Assembly: GCA_964016885.1 (NCBI GenBank)
Contig: OZ024742.1
Location: 149,730,001 to 149,794,000, forward strand
DNA from: Eledone cirrhosa
Lineage: Eukaryota
Length of the DNA stretch: 64,000 bases
Direction of reading: 5' to 3'
Below are positions 1-13,012 of the stretch, in pieces. Numbering within the stretch: the first letter of the stretch is position 1; each line of letters begins with the position of its first letter. Below the pieces are notes generated by a model that was given only the letters and a program-made list of their open reading frames with translations, was not told the DNA's origin and did no database searches. A program made the translations under genes and the position numbers.

Positions 1-475
1 TAGCATTCTTTTTCATGTCTTAGATCTAACTTGATATTCATGGCATAAATTTGTGGAATAAATATTAAAACTCCATGTCCTTACATCATCTAATTTGAAC
101 TTAGATTTCTTTCATTCTGTTAAATTTTTATGAATGGATATTTTAGAAAATAAATTACAGGCATGTTAAACTGGAAATACATTTGTTTTCTATAAAAAAA
201 AAAGACAATCACTTCTATTTTAATCAACATCTAAGAGTTAAATTTACTCACCTCTTGTCCTTTATTAAAGTTGTGACTGAAGTACTTTAAAATCTTACAT
301 GAATGCTTGGTTATCTTGGATGGTTTAGAGATGAAACATTATTTGCTGTGGTTAGTGGTCTGCATAGGATTGGTGGAGTTCTAGCCAGTTAACTAACTTG
401 AAGTACCAAATTTCAATAATATTAGTCAAAGCTTGGATTTAGTTGTAGTTGGGACCAATTCACTTGTATTATTAT

Positions 476-660
476 GGATTGGCAGTATCGGTAGAGAGTC
501 GGAAGCCATGCTTTCCAGCATAGTTACGTCCCTTTACGATCTGAGTTCAAATCCCGCCGAGGTTGACTTTGCCTTTCATCCTTACGGGGTCGATAAAATA
601 AAGTACCAGTAATGCACTGGGTAATTGCTGGCCTTGTGCCTAAAGTAGAAACAATTATTA
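476..660 (+). mobile_element. tRNA-derived SINE family A, short young variant (central domain resembles Deu/Nin)
   Basis: Box A-like TGGCAGTATCGGTAGAG, box B-like GAGTTCAAATCCC, body GCCTTTCATCCTTACGGGGTCGATAAAATAAAGTACCAG and an (ATT)n tail. Near-identical copies occur across the window. The domain name is from recollection of the AmnSINE/Nin consensus. Confidence 0.85.
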
Positions 661-870
661 ATGCCTTATTCTTAGGAACATCACGACTTCCCACATCTCC
701 TCCTTTACAAATTTCAGGTTTCATGACTGTTATAAGAAATCATTGTCTTATTAATGTTACTTGGTGTTTTCTGTTTTGCTATTCTTCATTTCATCTTTGT
801 ATAAACATTGTCAAACCCTTGGTTTTGTTCATACCATCATATGAAGATCATTGTTGCTGTCTGTTTGTAG

Positions 871-991
871 AAAATTATTATGCAAAAGGCTGCTGAAGAT
901 CTGAAAAATGAAGCTAAACGGAAAGCAGAAGAAAAAGAGCGCTTCATTAGCGAGAGGGTTGAGCCACTGGTTACCGATGGTCTAAATGAAG
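871..991 (+). CDS. TnI: Troponin I, internal coding exon (first in window): KIIMQKAAEDLKNEAKRKAEEKERFISERVEPLVTDGLNE
   Basis: Acceptor tttgtag at 864-870 and GT at 992 (phase 1). The peptide matches the invertebrate TnI helix pattern and splices in frame to 7809. Upstream exons lie outside the window. Confidence 0.9.
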
Positions 992-2192
992 GTAGGCGTT
1001 GCCTGCTGTGTGCTGTGCATGCCGATATGTGCATACCTCTTCCCTGCAGGATGATGCCATACCATGTGTGTGTTTTTACTTAGAATATTTTCAGCAAATG
1101 GATTTGAAACATTTACTTTTCACCTCTTTCTATAATCCATATCTTGCTATATTTTGCTCCCATTATTTCCAATTCCAGTTTTTGTATTTATTTTACATCA
1201 GTCCCATGTCTTTTTATTTAATCTATTTTTTTCTCTTCCCGTGGTCACCTGGAATGCAATCTTTGTTCAAAGAGGTTATAGAATCTCTTTTTTTCTTTTC
1301 CAAAATCTAATTTTTTTCTTCCTTGATCCAGGTCAAAACTTCCTATATACTGTGTGTTATTACAAAAAAATAAAAGAAATTAATAAAAATCTGGCTTAAT
1401 TGAAAAATGGGACATATAACTAAAAGAGCTTTATCTTCGCCCTATCAGTACTTATTTTGCCTTGACTTGATTTTATTTAACTTGTCCTTTCTCTAATGTC
1501 AACAATGGATTCAAATCACTGATGCATGCTCAAGAAAATTTTCTCCCTATCGTTTTATATTCATTTACTTTTTTCTCTCCTCTTCCCTTTCTATATAATT
1601 GTGTCTTTCTCTTTTCTCTCTTTACCCTCTTTTATCTCTCAAGATGTTCCCTTCCTAGTTTTTACCACAACTAGCTTGTACTACCTAGTCCTGAATGTCT
1701 TTTGTTTTGCAGATTTAACTGCATGTATAGATGATATCTTTAGTTAGTTTATCTCATCTTGGGTGAGAGGAAATATTTGCTAAAGAGTTTACACTACTAT
1801 CTCTATAATTTTCTTTCTATTAGTGAAATCTTTAGTGTGACATCTAGTATTGTCCTAATGCTGAATTTCACTTCATAAGGAAGGAATCTAGCACTTCTAA
1901 ATAATTCATTGTTCTGTAGGGGCTATTGGTCTACCATACTTTAATTTTCTTGGTGGTGTCCAAGTAAACAATTCTTTTGTCTGTGACTAGTATATTTTGA
2001 GAGAATGGTATAACTAATGCTTTACAGTTTATAATTGAACTCTACAGTTTCTCTTCCTGAGCAAGTTTTTTTTATTTGGGTTCTTATTTTTCTATGAATT
2101 ATATCAAGGTATCAGTTAAAGATTTTGACAAAATTATCAATGCAGTGTATAACCCCTGATTCATCAGACCTAAGAAGGCTACATTATTATGC

Positions 2193-2383
2193 GGTTGGAT
2201 TGGCAGTATCGGTAGAGGGTCGGATGCCATGCTTTGAAGCATAGAGTTACCTCCGTTTATGATCTGAGTTCAAATCCCGCCGAGGTCAACTTTGCCTTTC
2301 ATCCTTACAGGGTCGATAAAATAAAGTACCAGTAATACATTGGGATAATTGCTGGCCTTGTGCCAAAAGTAGAAACAATTATT
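2193..2383 (+). mobile_element. SINE family A, full copy
   Basis: Matches 476-660. TSD attattatgc at 2183-2192 and 2378-2387. Confidence 0.85.
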
Positions 2384-2524
2384 ATGCTGCTGTCTTTAAA
2401 TATATTTTTGATATACATTAAGTCAAATTCTGAAACTAAAGAATGTAATCTTTAAACAGCATTTGCCATTGGAATTTATATACTCCTAAATTGTTGATGA
2501 TGAGGAAAATGTATATATGTATGT

Positions 2525-2830
2525 AGGAGCTAGAATTGTGAAGTTGTGAGTTTGATTCCCAGACTAGACAGTACATTGTGTCCTTGATCAAGACATTTTA
2601 TTTCATGTTGCTCCAGTTCATTCACTTAGAAAAAAGGAATTGCAACATCATAGTGCCAAACTTTATTAGCCTTTGGCTTTCTCATAGTCAACATCGTTAG
2701 CAGGAACAGGGGAGACTGGTATGTATAGTGTGTTGGTCTTCTGCAAAAGTACCTTGCCTGGATTTGTACCATGGAGGAAACCTTCATGGGTGCAAATTCA
2801 TCAACAGTTATAACTGAGGGGGTGCTACAA
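2525..2830 (+). mobile_element. tRNA-derived CORE-type SINE, degenerate (related copy at about 9075-9330)
   Basis: Box B-like gagtttgattccc followed by CORE-like gtgtccttgatcaagacattttatttcatgttgctccagtt. Confidence 0.6.
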
Positions 2831-5800
2831 AGCTTATGAATTATCACCACTTGGACTTTAAGTATAGCATGGTGTGGAGTCAGTAGATTCTTATTCATGC
2901 CAATCAAATAATTTATATTACATTTCATTTTTTGTTTTGTTCTATTTTTATCATAGTAGAAGACTTATGATACAACCTAATTTATGTTTGGCTGGCTTGC
3001 TTGCTGACACCAATTCAAAAATTTTACTATTTAGACATCATTCCATTCCCTTAACATGTTGAGAGGCATTGAGGTTACTGGAAAAACTTATATGGAATCT
3101 ACTTCACATTTGTGGCATCTATAAAATGGGAATAAAAATGATTCAAAACATTATATATATATATATATATCGTCTAACCCATGCTAGCATAGAAAAATCG
3201 ACGTTAAACAGTGATAATTATATATATATATATGGTCTTGGATTTTCTTACCTTACGTTGCTCGCACATTGCTCGGTTTGTTGTTATATTTTTGCTGTTT
3301 TCTCTTTTCTGCCCATTTGTTTTCCTTTCCTCCCACCTCCGTTTTCCCAATAACTTACCCAGTTATTGACGCTCTGGGCGGTAGATATCTTGTCTTTAAA
3401 GCGTAGAAATATCCGAGACCCCCAGTAGACAACTGATGAGGAACCCCCCCCCCCCCTCGTTCTTGCTTTCTTCTTAGTTCCACTCCATTTTGAGCTACCT
3501 TATATATATATATATATATATATATTCTCTGTAACATCTGCTAGCCACCTTTGTCAGATTTTCTACAGCTAATATTATTTGGAGCAATTGACTGTTTTTA
3601 CAGTTATTTTCTGCCTTTGGATTCCTACATGTCATATATATATATATAATTTAGGGATTGTAACATCAAGTTACTGTAGGTTCATAAAAGTGAGCACTCT
3701 ATGCGTAGTTTCCAGTATGTATTTTGGGGTTGTACTGAGCAGAGTGTAACAATAATAAGATATGGATGAGGTGTCAATGATTCCGTCATTAAGCTAGCAG
3801 AAGTCTGAAGAGTTTTTGATTCCAGAGTCAGGCCCGATCAATACAGATTGAACCTTGAGCTGATCAATCGCGAAACGTTTGTCACCCCTCAATAAATGTA
3901 ATGAAAGTTTGACATCTCATCCATCTTTCTAGAATGCAAACATCAAAAGGTTATCTTTATAGGTCTGCTTACCAATAAAATCTTCATTGTAGTGAAAGAA
4001 TTACTTCACAATATTTAGTTTGGACTGTTCTATCTTTTGCTTATTTTTGCTAGTAATATTATTCTGACAGTCAATCAACTCATTTCTCATCTTTTGAATC
4101 CCTCTGAGAAAATGTTATCACATCATGGCTTTATTTTAAAGCCCTTTTACAAAGTCTTACTAATCTTTATGAAAATGATTGTCCGTAGAGCTATATTCCT
4201 CAATCTAGACGTCATTGTCAATAATATTATAATAGTCAGGGAACTTTTCTGGTTACTACCAGTTTACACATCAATAGTACTAAATTCAGTTTCCTGGTAT
4301 TACAGTATCCTTGATAGCTATGAATTGAGAAGTGTCTGTAGTTTGGACCAATAAGAAAGGTGATAGTTGCACTTCTTATGAAAAATGCTCACATCAATAA
4401 TCTTTTCAATCTAATGATAAGTTAGATTTGTTAAACATAAGTTGAACCTTATACATAAATTGAACGTTCTTGAATGATAAATTGTGTTTCTTTTGAAAAC
4501 CACTTTATTTATTTGTTTATTGTAATTTTCTATTTCATTAATTTGTATTTTGTAAAATTACTTTAATATCAATATTAAAAAGTAAATTAAAGCTCTTTTA
4601 ATTAATATAAAAATGTTATCTGTTTTAATCCCAATCAATGCAAGGATCAGCTTTTATGAATGTTTAAAAACAAACTAACTTTCTTTCCTTTTTAAAAATA
4701 TCTATTATTATTTGTCTAATGGAATCATTTATCTGTTTGATTGAATAATGTTATTTAATCTATTTGCATTATCTTTTTTGAAACTCTACAGCTATAAAGA
4801 ACTTTCTTTGAGTTTTATGCACAATTCAAAATATCTTAAATATATATTTTTGTAATATATATATTTGTGTAAATCTATTGACTTTCAAGAATGGCAGACA
4901 AAATATCATAAAACAATATTCAATATTTTATAATAAAATTATTCCAATATTTATGAACTCTAGTCTCACACTATAAATTTAATTTAACTGAAATATCTTT
5001 CTCTCTCTAAGATATATATAGAAATCTCACAGCCATAAACATTGATGGAGACAATTTTATTTGTTATAACATTAAGATTTCAGGTTAAATATTTTATTTA
5101 ACTCAAAGGATATAGCTTGAGGATGACATAGCTTAAGGATTGGGAATTCATTTCTGAAACAGTTAATCATACTTGCTTGTATGAAATTCAGCTACTTTAA
5201 TATGGACATGTTATGCAAATGAATGCTATAAACTAGGTAAAGAAATGCCATAGACTGGTGGCAGTAAGAATCAATATGAACCCTTAATATCCTGTACCAT
5301 ATGAAATCACATTAACACAATATCATTGAAAAGATCAAAACAGCATTATGACTGCATCACATTAAAATTGAAGTCTTTACTCTAAAACTGCAAATTTTTA
5401 CAATGATCTGTAATGAGAATACTATAACCATTTGAATTAACAAACCCCATGTTTAGGTATGTTTTACTAAAACATAACAGGATGTTAAGATTTAAAGATA
5501 TTTTAAGGAAGACTTAGGAAAAGCTTTTAAGTGAGACCTGAGAATTTAGGATCACCTCAAGAATGAAATATTGTAGAATCAAGATTCAAGGAGATACTGT
5601 GTTAAAGATTCCTTCAATTCATTGCTAGTATGTACAAATGCATGTTAAACAATAATAGCAATATATTCTGTTATATGAAGCACTATTCCCTTTAAGCTCT
5701 GCATATGTGCATGCATACATACATTCTGAAATCAGTGCACAAAAATGTATGTATGCACAAAAGTCAATGAGCATGCAAACAAGTAGTTGCTTAAAATAAT

Positions 5801-5834
5801 ATAATAATTAATAATTATACTTAGCATACATTCA

Positions 5835-5975
5835 TCATCATCAGGTCGAGCTTGCTCGGCTTTCTACGACACGTTTCCTCCATCCATCTCTGTCTCTCAT
5901 AGCGCTTGCCAGTTCTTCCACAGTGCATCCAGTATCGTCCTTAAGTTGCTTGGTGTATGTCTTCTAGGGACGACC
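5835..5975 (-). mobile_element. 5'-truncated RTE-type LINE 3' end
   Basis: Minus strand reads GRP*KTYTKQLKDDTGCTVEELASAMRDRDGWRKRV, then a (GAT)n tail. Perfect 12-bp TSD agcatacattca at 5823-5834 and 5976-5987. Confidence 0.8.
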
Positions 5976-7808
5976 AGCATACATTCAGTGCACATATACT
6001 TTTGTCACAACAAATTCTACACAAGATTTTTGCACACTCTAAGAGAACATTGAATCCTTGTTTTATAAGCAATTCAACCTTGGTAGTGTAGATTAATAAA
6101 ACACTCACTAACTTTTAGTCAGTTTAGTATGCATCCAATCAGTTGTCTTGTTTTTACCATGCTGTTGATATGTGGGACATGAAATGTTCAATATTCTCTT
6201 TAAAAGTTTATTCAAATTACAGGGGTATAACATTTTCTCCAGAAACCTGACAAAATTTAATACCCTATCTAGTACTGCTTCCCTCCTCCCACTCTAAGCT
6301 CCTCTCAAAATTCAAGGGTCTGAGTATTTTTGTCTTTAGAATTTGGGTTGTGTTAGAAATTCAAAGCCCCCTAAATCATGTGATATTTGTTATTGTCACT
6401 GAAAGAAATTGACAGAATTAATTTGAAAATTATACTTTAAATATGATAAACATTTGGAAACAAAGGCTGAGATGAGTTATTTTTAATAAGATAATAATTT
6501 TATAAACTATTATCCCCAATTGGTAGAGCATCAGATAAAATTCCATTGTATCACACCAAGATAATTTTGCCTTTCATTCTTCAGGGATCAATAAAATAAA
6601 AATACTGGAGTTGATTTAAACATCTATACTTTAGCCCCAATTTGCTGGCCTTATGTTTCAGTTAAAAATCACTATTTTCATCCTCACTAGAACTGTAAAT
6701 TGGCAGAAATATTTGAACATTAAACAAAATATCTTTTAGTATTTTGTCTATTTATATCATGAGTTCAAATTCCATTAGGATTCTCTTTAACTTTCATCTT
6801 TCTGGGCTTGGTAAAATAAAGTACCACTCAAGTACTGGACTTGATATATTTTATTATCCCCCCCCCCCCCATACTTGGGGGCTCATGTACTTATGTCTAA
6901 AATCAATATTTACATCTACACTACATTTCGGTCAATTTGATATCTGATTATCATTAGGCATCTTATTCCTGGATATTTATAGTACTAAATTCAAACTAGG
7001 AAGCCTTATTTTTAAAATAAGAATACTAATACTCTTACCAACTAGCACTGACATCAGCTTAATATTATAGTCTTTGGTGAAATACATATTTAACCCTTTT
7101 GATACCAATTTGCATAAAACTGCCTCTGTTTTTATGAAATAAAACCACCCATTTTAAAAACTTCCTACTTAAATTATTAAAATCTTCCAACATAATTTAA
7201 TATAAAAACTTTCTGTTAAGTTATATTACATATGTGATCTTAATAAAGAAATAGTTAATGATTTTAGTAAATTAATTCTAATTCTTTCTTAATTAATTCA
7301 GATACAATATATTTCATTAGATATATGGTGATGAAAGTGTTAGATAATCTAAAAATACAATATTAAATGTTTGTGAGTTAGTGGTATAATGGATAAGCAT
7401 ATTACTACCCTTTATTTAGAAATAAAAGCTCCTAATCTGATGCTATATACATATCCAGGAATGAGATACTCGATAACAGAGATTAAACAGATCAAAATGT
7501 AGTATAGAAGTAAATAATTAAAAATGTCTCATCTTAAAGATGAGGTTACATAATCTTAAAAATTATAATCATATAACTTTTTTTGTTTTGATATTATTAT
7601 TTACAAAAGAAAATGTCAAAGGTTTGCTAAATTCCGGCTTTGTGAGTCATATTTTAAAATATGAATTCAAGTTTTAATTATGTTAATTATGCTGAAGCAG
7701 GAACAGCTAATATGAGATATAACAAAAGGTAAGGTAAAACAGATCTAACTAAGCTTTTAACTGTAACCAATTCCACTCTTGTTACCAATTCTGCTACATC
7801 TCTTACAG

Positions 7809-7909
7809 CACAGTTGCAAGATCTGGTAAAGAAACTCCATGCGAAAATGGCAGAGCTTGAAGAAGAAGTCTATGATTGGGAATTCAAAATCAGAAGACAA
7901 GAATTTGAG
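7809..7909 (+). CDS. TnI: Troponin I exon: (A)QLQDLVKKLHAKMAELEEEVYDWEFKIRRQEFE
   Basis: ttacag acceptor and GT at 7910. 101 nt, phase 1 to 0. Contains the troponin coiled-coil motif LEEExYD. Confidence 0.92.
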
Positions 7910-10303
7910 GTACTGTCTGTCTGTCTGTGTCTCTGTCCTTTGTTTCTTTCTTTCTCACCCTTCTCTCCTCTAACATTCAATAAATTATAGGGCACAAAAT
8001 TTTTATTTAGGAATTCAATTTTCAGGTTACTATATCACTTTAAATTCCTTATATTTTGAGAAAACCACGAATGCATTAAATTCCTATATCCTATTTCTCT
8101 GAAAATATTGGATTTTGTGCCCATATCTAGCAATTTTAAAACTTCTACTGTTGATTTAGGATTGAATCTAAGGCTTTATATCAAAACACATTTGTTGTCC
8201 CTCTTTTGCAGAGGTAAAATAAATCAATATAATCACAATTGTTTTTCAGTACTTTTTAAACAAAATATAAGGTATGATGATTAGTGAGATAAAATATATT
8301 ATGTTATGTTTAGGGAGATAAAATATAGTATATTTTGTGAAATAAAATATATGATGTTTAGTGAATTTGTATAATGATGTTTAATGAAATAAGATACTAG
8401 AATAAATGTTTCGTGAAATATGTATTTAAATGATACTTAGTGAAATTTAGTGAAATATGATTGGTAAAATTGTAAGTTGGGCAGATCAAATATTAAATTA
8501 AAATAAGTACATCTGACATAGGTAGAAAGTTAAAGCACAATACTTAATAGTTAGTGTTCCATTCCATGAATATCCCATGTAGTTTAAAAGTGGATTAAAC
8601 TTTTGTCAGTAGTTGAACTTTTGCTCAGTAACAGCTCATCCTCTCATGGATATAGAAAGGAATTGGGGAAACCAATCTAGAATATCTTTCTCAAGAAAAT
8701 CCTGTACAATGTAGCTATTTTATCTATACAATTGACAAATGCCTTTATTTCAAACACAGAAGATGAATAGGGTACTATGTAGTTACTACAATTGCTCAGT
8801 GCAGCATTACCATTTGCTTGAAAATACTTCTGTTTGTCTTAAAAGTTGGAACAGTTTTTACATTCTAAATGTTAATGACAACTTACCTATTGTCAAGCTT
8901 GGATTGGCTAGTCATAGAATAAACATTACACAACGATTGAGTTCACATTAAGAAACTGGACACTATATATCTAAATATCCTAGGAATTAGGATCTATTGG
9001 TTGTTCTTCAGTATGAGATCTACTAACTTTGTTTCAGGTCTACTCAGATAAATTGTCAATAATATTGTGAGGTTGTTGGGCTCATGATTATTGTGTTGTG
9101 AGTTTGATTCCCATACTAAGTGGTGCATAATGTACTCGAGCAGAACACTTCATTTCACATTGCTGCAGTACACTCAGTTGAAAAGAAAATGATACCAGCA
9201 GACGCTTGACATTAACCTTATGGTGGACTGGAATCACATCCAGTGGGGAATCTTTCACTCTTCATCACTTAACACCAATAAAGCTAAACTTGAGACAGAC
9301 TAATGTCATCTTGTGTACATGGAGATCATATCAATATTTAAATAATTCACCAATCAAATTTGTTTCTAAAATGTGTACGACACCTCAAATTTATAGGCAT
9401 AATGTGGAATTTAAAAGTACAAATTTTTAATGAATGAAATAGTCCTAAAAAGGAGAGAAAACTATGTCAAAGACTAGTTTCATTGAAAACTCATTGACAA
9501 CACTACATGTATGAAAATTAAAAATAGAATAAATGAATTTATTTTCTAGAATCTCTTCAACATATTCATCACTTTCGAACTACAACATCAACAAATTTTA
9601 ACTTTATTAAATATTCATATATTTATTCACTAAGTCTTTGTTAGAAGTAAAAATTCACAGTTGTATAAATAGCATTGCAAATATTGATGGAAATATGAAA
9701 GGAAAAAAAAAAGAATAAAGAAAAAAAAAGGATAAAAACGAAACAAAACAACAAACAGAAGCAGGAAGGGATGTATGTAAAAAAAAAAAAAAGTAAAAAT
9801 ATATTTATTAAACTGTGTTTGTCTCACATACAGACTAGAAATGTTGCAAATTTATGTTAACCTTTCCAACACCACCCATCTGAAATTACCCCTAGATCTG
9901 TAATACAACACGGTCTACTTTAAAGTATTCACTCTTACATTAAGACTGTCCATCATAATCTTATATAAGAACATTTTTGGCTTAATAATTCTCCAAATAT
10001 CAGCTTAATAAAAATATTATTTTACTAAATTCCTCAATTTTTAAATTAATTTCAAAATTAATTAAAAAAAAAAATAGAAAAACATTGGCAGTATACTTCA
10101 ATCGAAAGTTTATTTGAAGCAGTGATCCACTAGAGGTGTCTAGACTGTAGGTGTTAGGATATAGATGTTATATTTCTATTATAGCCTTTAGTAGAAATAT
10201 CCAAGTCAAATGTTTAAAACATAAAACTACAATGAACTGTGAAGATTCTCTAGATGATGTCTAAGCTAATATTTATAGTTAACATTACCTTCTTTGTTTT
10301 CAG

Positions 10304-10347
10304 ATCAATGACCTCACAATAAAGGTTAATGACACCAGAGGTAAATT
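10304..10347 (+). CDS. TnI: Troponin I exon: INDLTIKVNDTRGK(F)
   Basis: ttttcag acceptor and gtaagt donor at 10348. 44 nt, phase 0 to 2. VNDxRGKF is the conserved lead into the inhibitory region. Confidence 0.93.
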
Positions 10348-10549
10348 GTAAGTATTAAGTTTATTCAGTTTATATATTAATTTAAATTTTCATTTTCTCT
10401 CTCTCTCTCTTTCTCTCTCTCTCTCATATATATGTGTGTGTGTGAGAGTGTCTGCAGTGCAAAGATTGAGAAGACCCCAAATATAGTACTCGATGCATGA
10501 TGGGATGCAGAGTGGGTATTATATATATATAGTAGAACATGCATTTAAT

Positions 10550-10651
10550 ACATGTTTCTACTCTTGGCACAAGGCCAGCAATTATCCCAGTGTATTGCTG
10601 ATACTTTATTTAATCGACCCCGTAAGGATGAAAGGCAAAGTTAACCTCGGG
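10550..10651 (-). mobile_element. SINE family A, 3' half
   Basis: Reverse complement of the body and tail of 476-660. Confidence 0.8.
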
Positions 10652-12065
10652 CAGCTTATAGCATGTCATTGCTCAGTTTCATGGCCTTGTCTATGGACAA
10701 TCTTCAAATATGACTGGTTGGTGGAATAAACGCCTCTCCTAGTCAGACCACTTAATTGATGATACATAATATCATAAATTATATATCATTTTATAGTCAG
10801 CAGTGGAAGAAGTTATGCTTTAAAGACTGTGACATTCTTTTTGAAACTTCGATAGATAGATTACTAAATAGATGTATCAGACATCATAACCTTCCTAGTG
10901 TTGGTGAGTTACATGATAAATAGACTCAATGCACTCTGTAAAGTGGTTGAGAATAGGAAGGGCATCCAACCATAGAAAATCTGCCAAACAAAGGGTCGGC
11001 AGAACTCTTCAGCTATGTCAAGGAGATGACAATTTCCCCAGTGCTAGAGTCATGATAAAATTCATTCAGCAGAGCAGGGGATCATATGTGAGTTGCGAGC
11101 TGCCAAACTGCCTGAGCACTTGGTAGAGTGCAGGAACATATGTAAGCAAGATATAGGCTCTCAGGCCATCCAAGAGGTTGGTAGCTCCATTTGAGTACTA
11201 ACACAGTCTGTTGATGATGTGTCTAAAGCATGGAAAGCAGATGTTAAACGATGATGATAAAGTTAGTGATGTTCTTTTCAACAGTATAGTATACCTGTTA
11301 TGCTGTTTAAGGTATATTCTATACAAACAAACATTTGAAAGGTTTATTCATCTGGAAGATGATACCTCTAGAGCAGTAGTTTTCAAAGATGGTGGTATGA
11401 CCCTTTTTGGAGATTTTAATAGTAGTTTCTAAAGATGGAGGTACAACCCTTTTGGGGATTTTGATGAGTGTACCAAGTGTGAAAAAAGAATTGGTATTTG
11501 TGAAACAATTACATCACTTTTGATAAATCTTAATGAAATAGATTGAAATTTGGAAACTGCTAGTTTTCAGTTTCATAGTTATTAGCCCCTTAGTGTAATA
11601 CAAACTACTTTATGAAGCAATGGTATTTCTTGCTCAAATCCAAGACAGGCAATGCATGCCTACCCTATATAAATGACTGCAAATAACAAATGCAATTTTA
11701 ATATAAATCTTTCATTTTTAAGTGAGACAGTTGTGAAAAGGGTACATACATGTTATATATATCCTACTTCAGTTATATCGTTTTTATTCTGGAGTTATGC
11801 TTCGTATCATTTAGCATCTATATGATTGCCAAACGAGGTGGTGGTTATAACTGGTCACAGGTTGATCTAGGGCTAAACAACAACAACAAACTACTGTACT
11901 AAGACTAAATGATGATTTAAACAGAATAAAGTACATTAATGTATTCAAGATGGGAGATGATAACAGAAATTACAAGTCTAATATAAATACTTTCTTCAAT
12001 GTCTGCTAGTATTTTGATAGTATCAATTACTGCCATAAATATTAATGTTCACAGAAATAATTCAA

Positions 12066-12074
12066 ACACACACA

Positions 12075-12125
<51 letters not shown>
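12066..12125. repeat. (CA)n(CT)n microsatellite upstream of a TnI acceptor
   Basis: Directly visible. Confidence 0.95.
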
Positions 12126-12128
<3 letters not shown>

Positions 12129-12163
12129 GGAACCTTAAACAATTATCAATTTTATCTTTTCAG

Positions 12164-12205
12164 CGTAAAACCTGTTCTCAGAAAAGTATCCAAAACAGAA
12201 GCTAA
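12164..12205 (+). CDS. TnI: Troponin I exon, inhibitory region: (F)VKPVLRKVSKTEA(K)
   Basis: ttttcag acceptor and gtaagt donor at 12206. 42 nt, phase 2 to 2. Completes the GKFVKPxLxKVSK signature of invertebrate TnI. Confidence 0.95.
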   Translation, partial: RKTCSQKSIQNRS

Positions 12206-12898
12206 GTAAGTACAACAATTTATTGATGTTTCTCTGTAATATCTGCTGCAGCTTTTATTTCATAGTCCTATAAAGCAGGGTAGTGTTTATAGTCTTTGCA
12301 GACCTTCCCTGACTAGTATGGTTGATGTAACTAATGTTCAACTTAAATAACTGTTCACTGATGACAGTAGCAGGTAGTTTGAGGATTTTAATTATTTTGG
12401 TAAGTATAAGAAATAGCTCTAAATGAACTTCAGTCTTACTAGATCTCTTCAGCAAAGCATAGACCTCTTCACTGAAGTATCACTGAGAGGATCACTAAAT
12501 GAATGTAGAATGTTATTCACTGGTTTTAAAGAATAAATTACTCAGTTGTTTTTAATTGCAAGGAAATATTGTTGATACCATAGTTATTTTTATTATATGA
12601 TTTAATCAGAATTATTTGTAAAATTATAATTGCTGTTTGACATGTGCTTAAACTTTCTTTTTCTTTTTTAAAGAATTTCAAATTTTTCTTGTAATGGATT
12701 GTTTTGAAATATAAGTCATAATTTTATCGTAATATAAGAAAGAAAAAAAACCAATGCTTCTTTGATAAAGCCTTATTGTCAGAATTTTTAAATGATACAG
12801 GATCAAGATAAATTGAAAAGTGCTGCTGCATTTACATACATATTCAACCTTCCATGTGTGTTTCAACTCATCAAATCTCTCTCTATTTCTTTCCACAG

Positions 12899-12984
12899 GC
12901 TTGCCAAGTTGGAAAGGAAGAAGGCAGAAAACTTCCGCCCAACTTTGAAATCCACACATGAATCCCAAAAGGAGGATGAAGTTG
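12899..12984 (+). CDS. TnI: Troponin I exon: (K)LAKLERKKAENFRPTLKSTHESQKEDEV
   Basis: ttccacag acceptor and an FRxxLK motif. Best donor is G|gttagt at 12985; an alternative |gttggt lies at 12981. Confidence 0.85.
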
Positions 12985-13012
12985 GTTAGTAGTCTTGTTG
13001 TTGTTGTGATTA

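Noticed and set aside
476-560. tRNA gene suggested by A/B boxes
   Set aside because: It is the head of a multi-copy SINE, with no complete cloverleaf and a continuous SINE body.
5236-5264. Possible decayed duplicate of the TnI 7809 exon (ggtaaagaaa..ccat..tggcag in register), by analogy to mutually exclusive exons in Drosophila wupA
   Set aside because: Only 20 of 29 bases match, there is an in-frame TAG just before, and no usable splice sites. Compatible with chance.
8270-8470. Degenerate 25-30 bp tandem repeat (tgatgtttagtgaaataaaat-like)
   Set aside because: Real but old and low-complexity, with no evidence of function.
10341-10347. Internal donor AG|GTAAAT in the TnI exon
   Set aside because: Its use would shift the frame and destroy the conserved GKF motif, and GTAAGT is 7 nt downstream.
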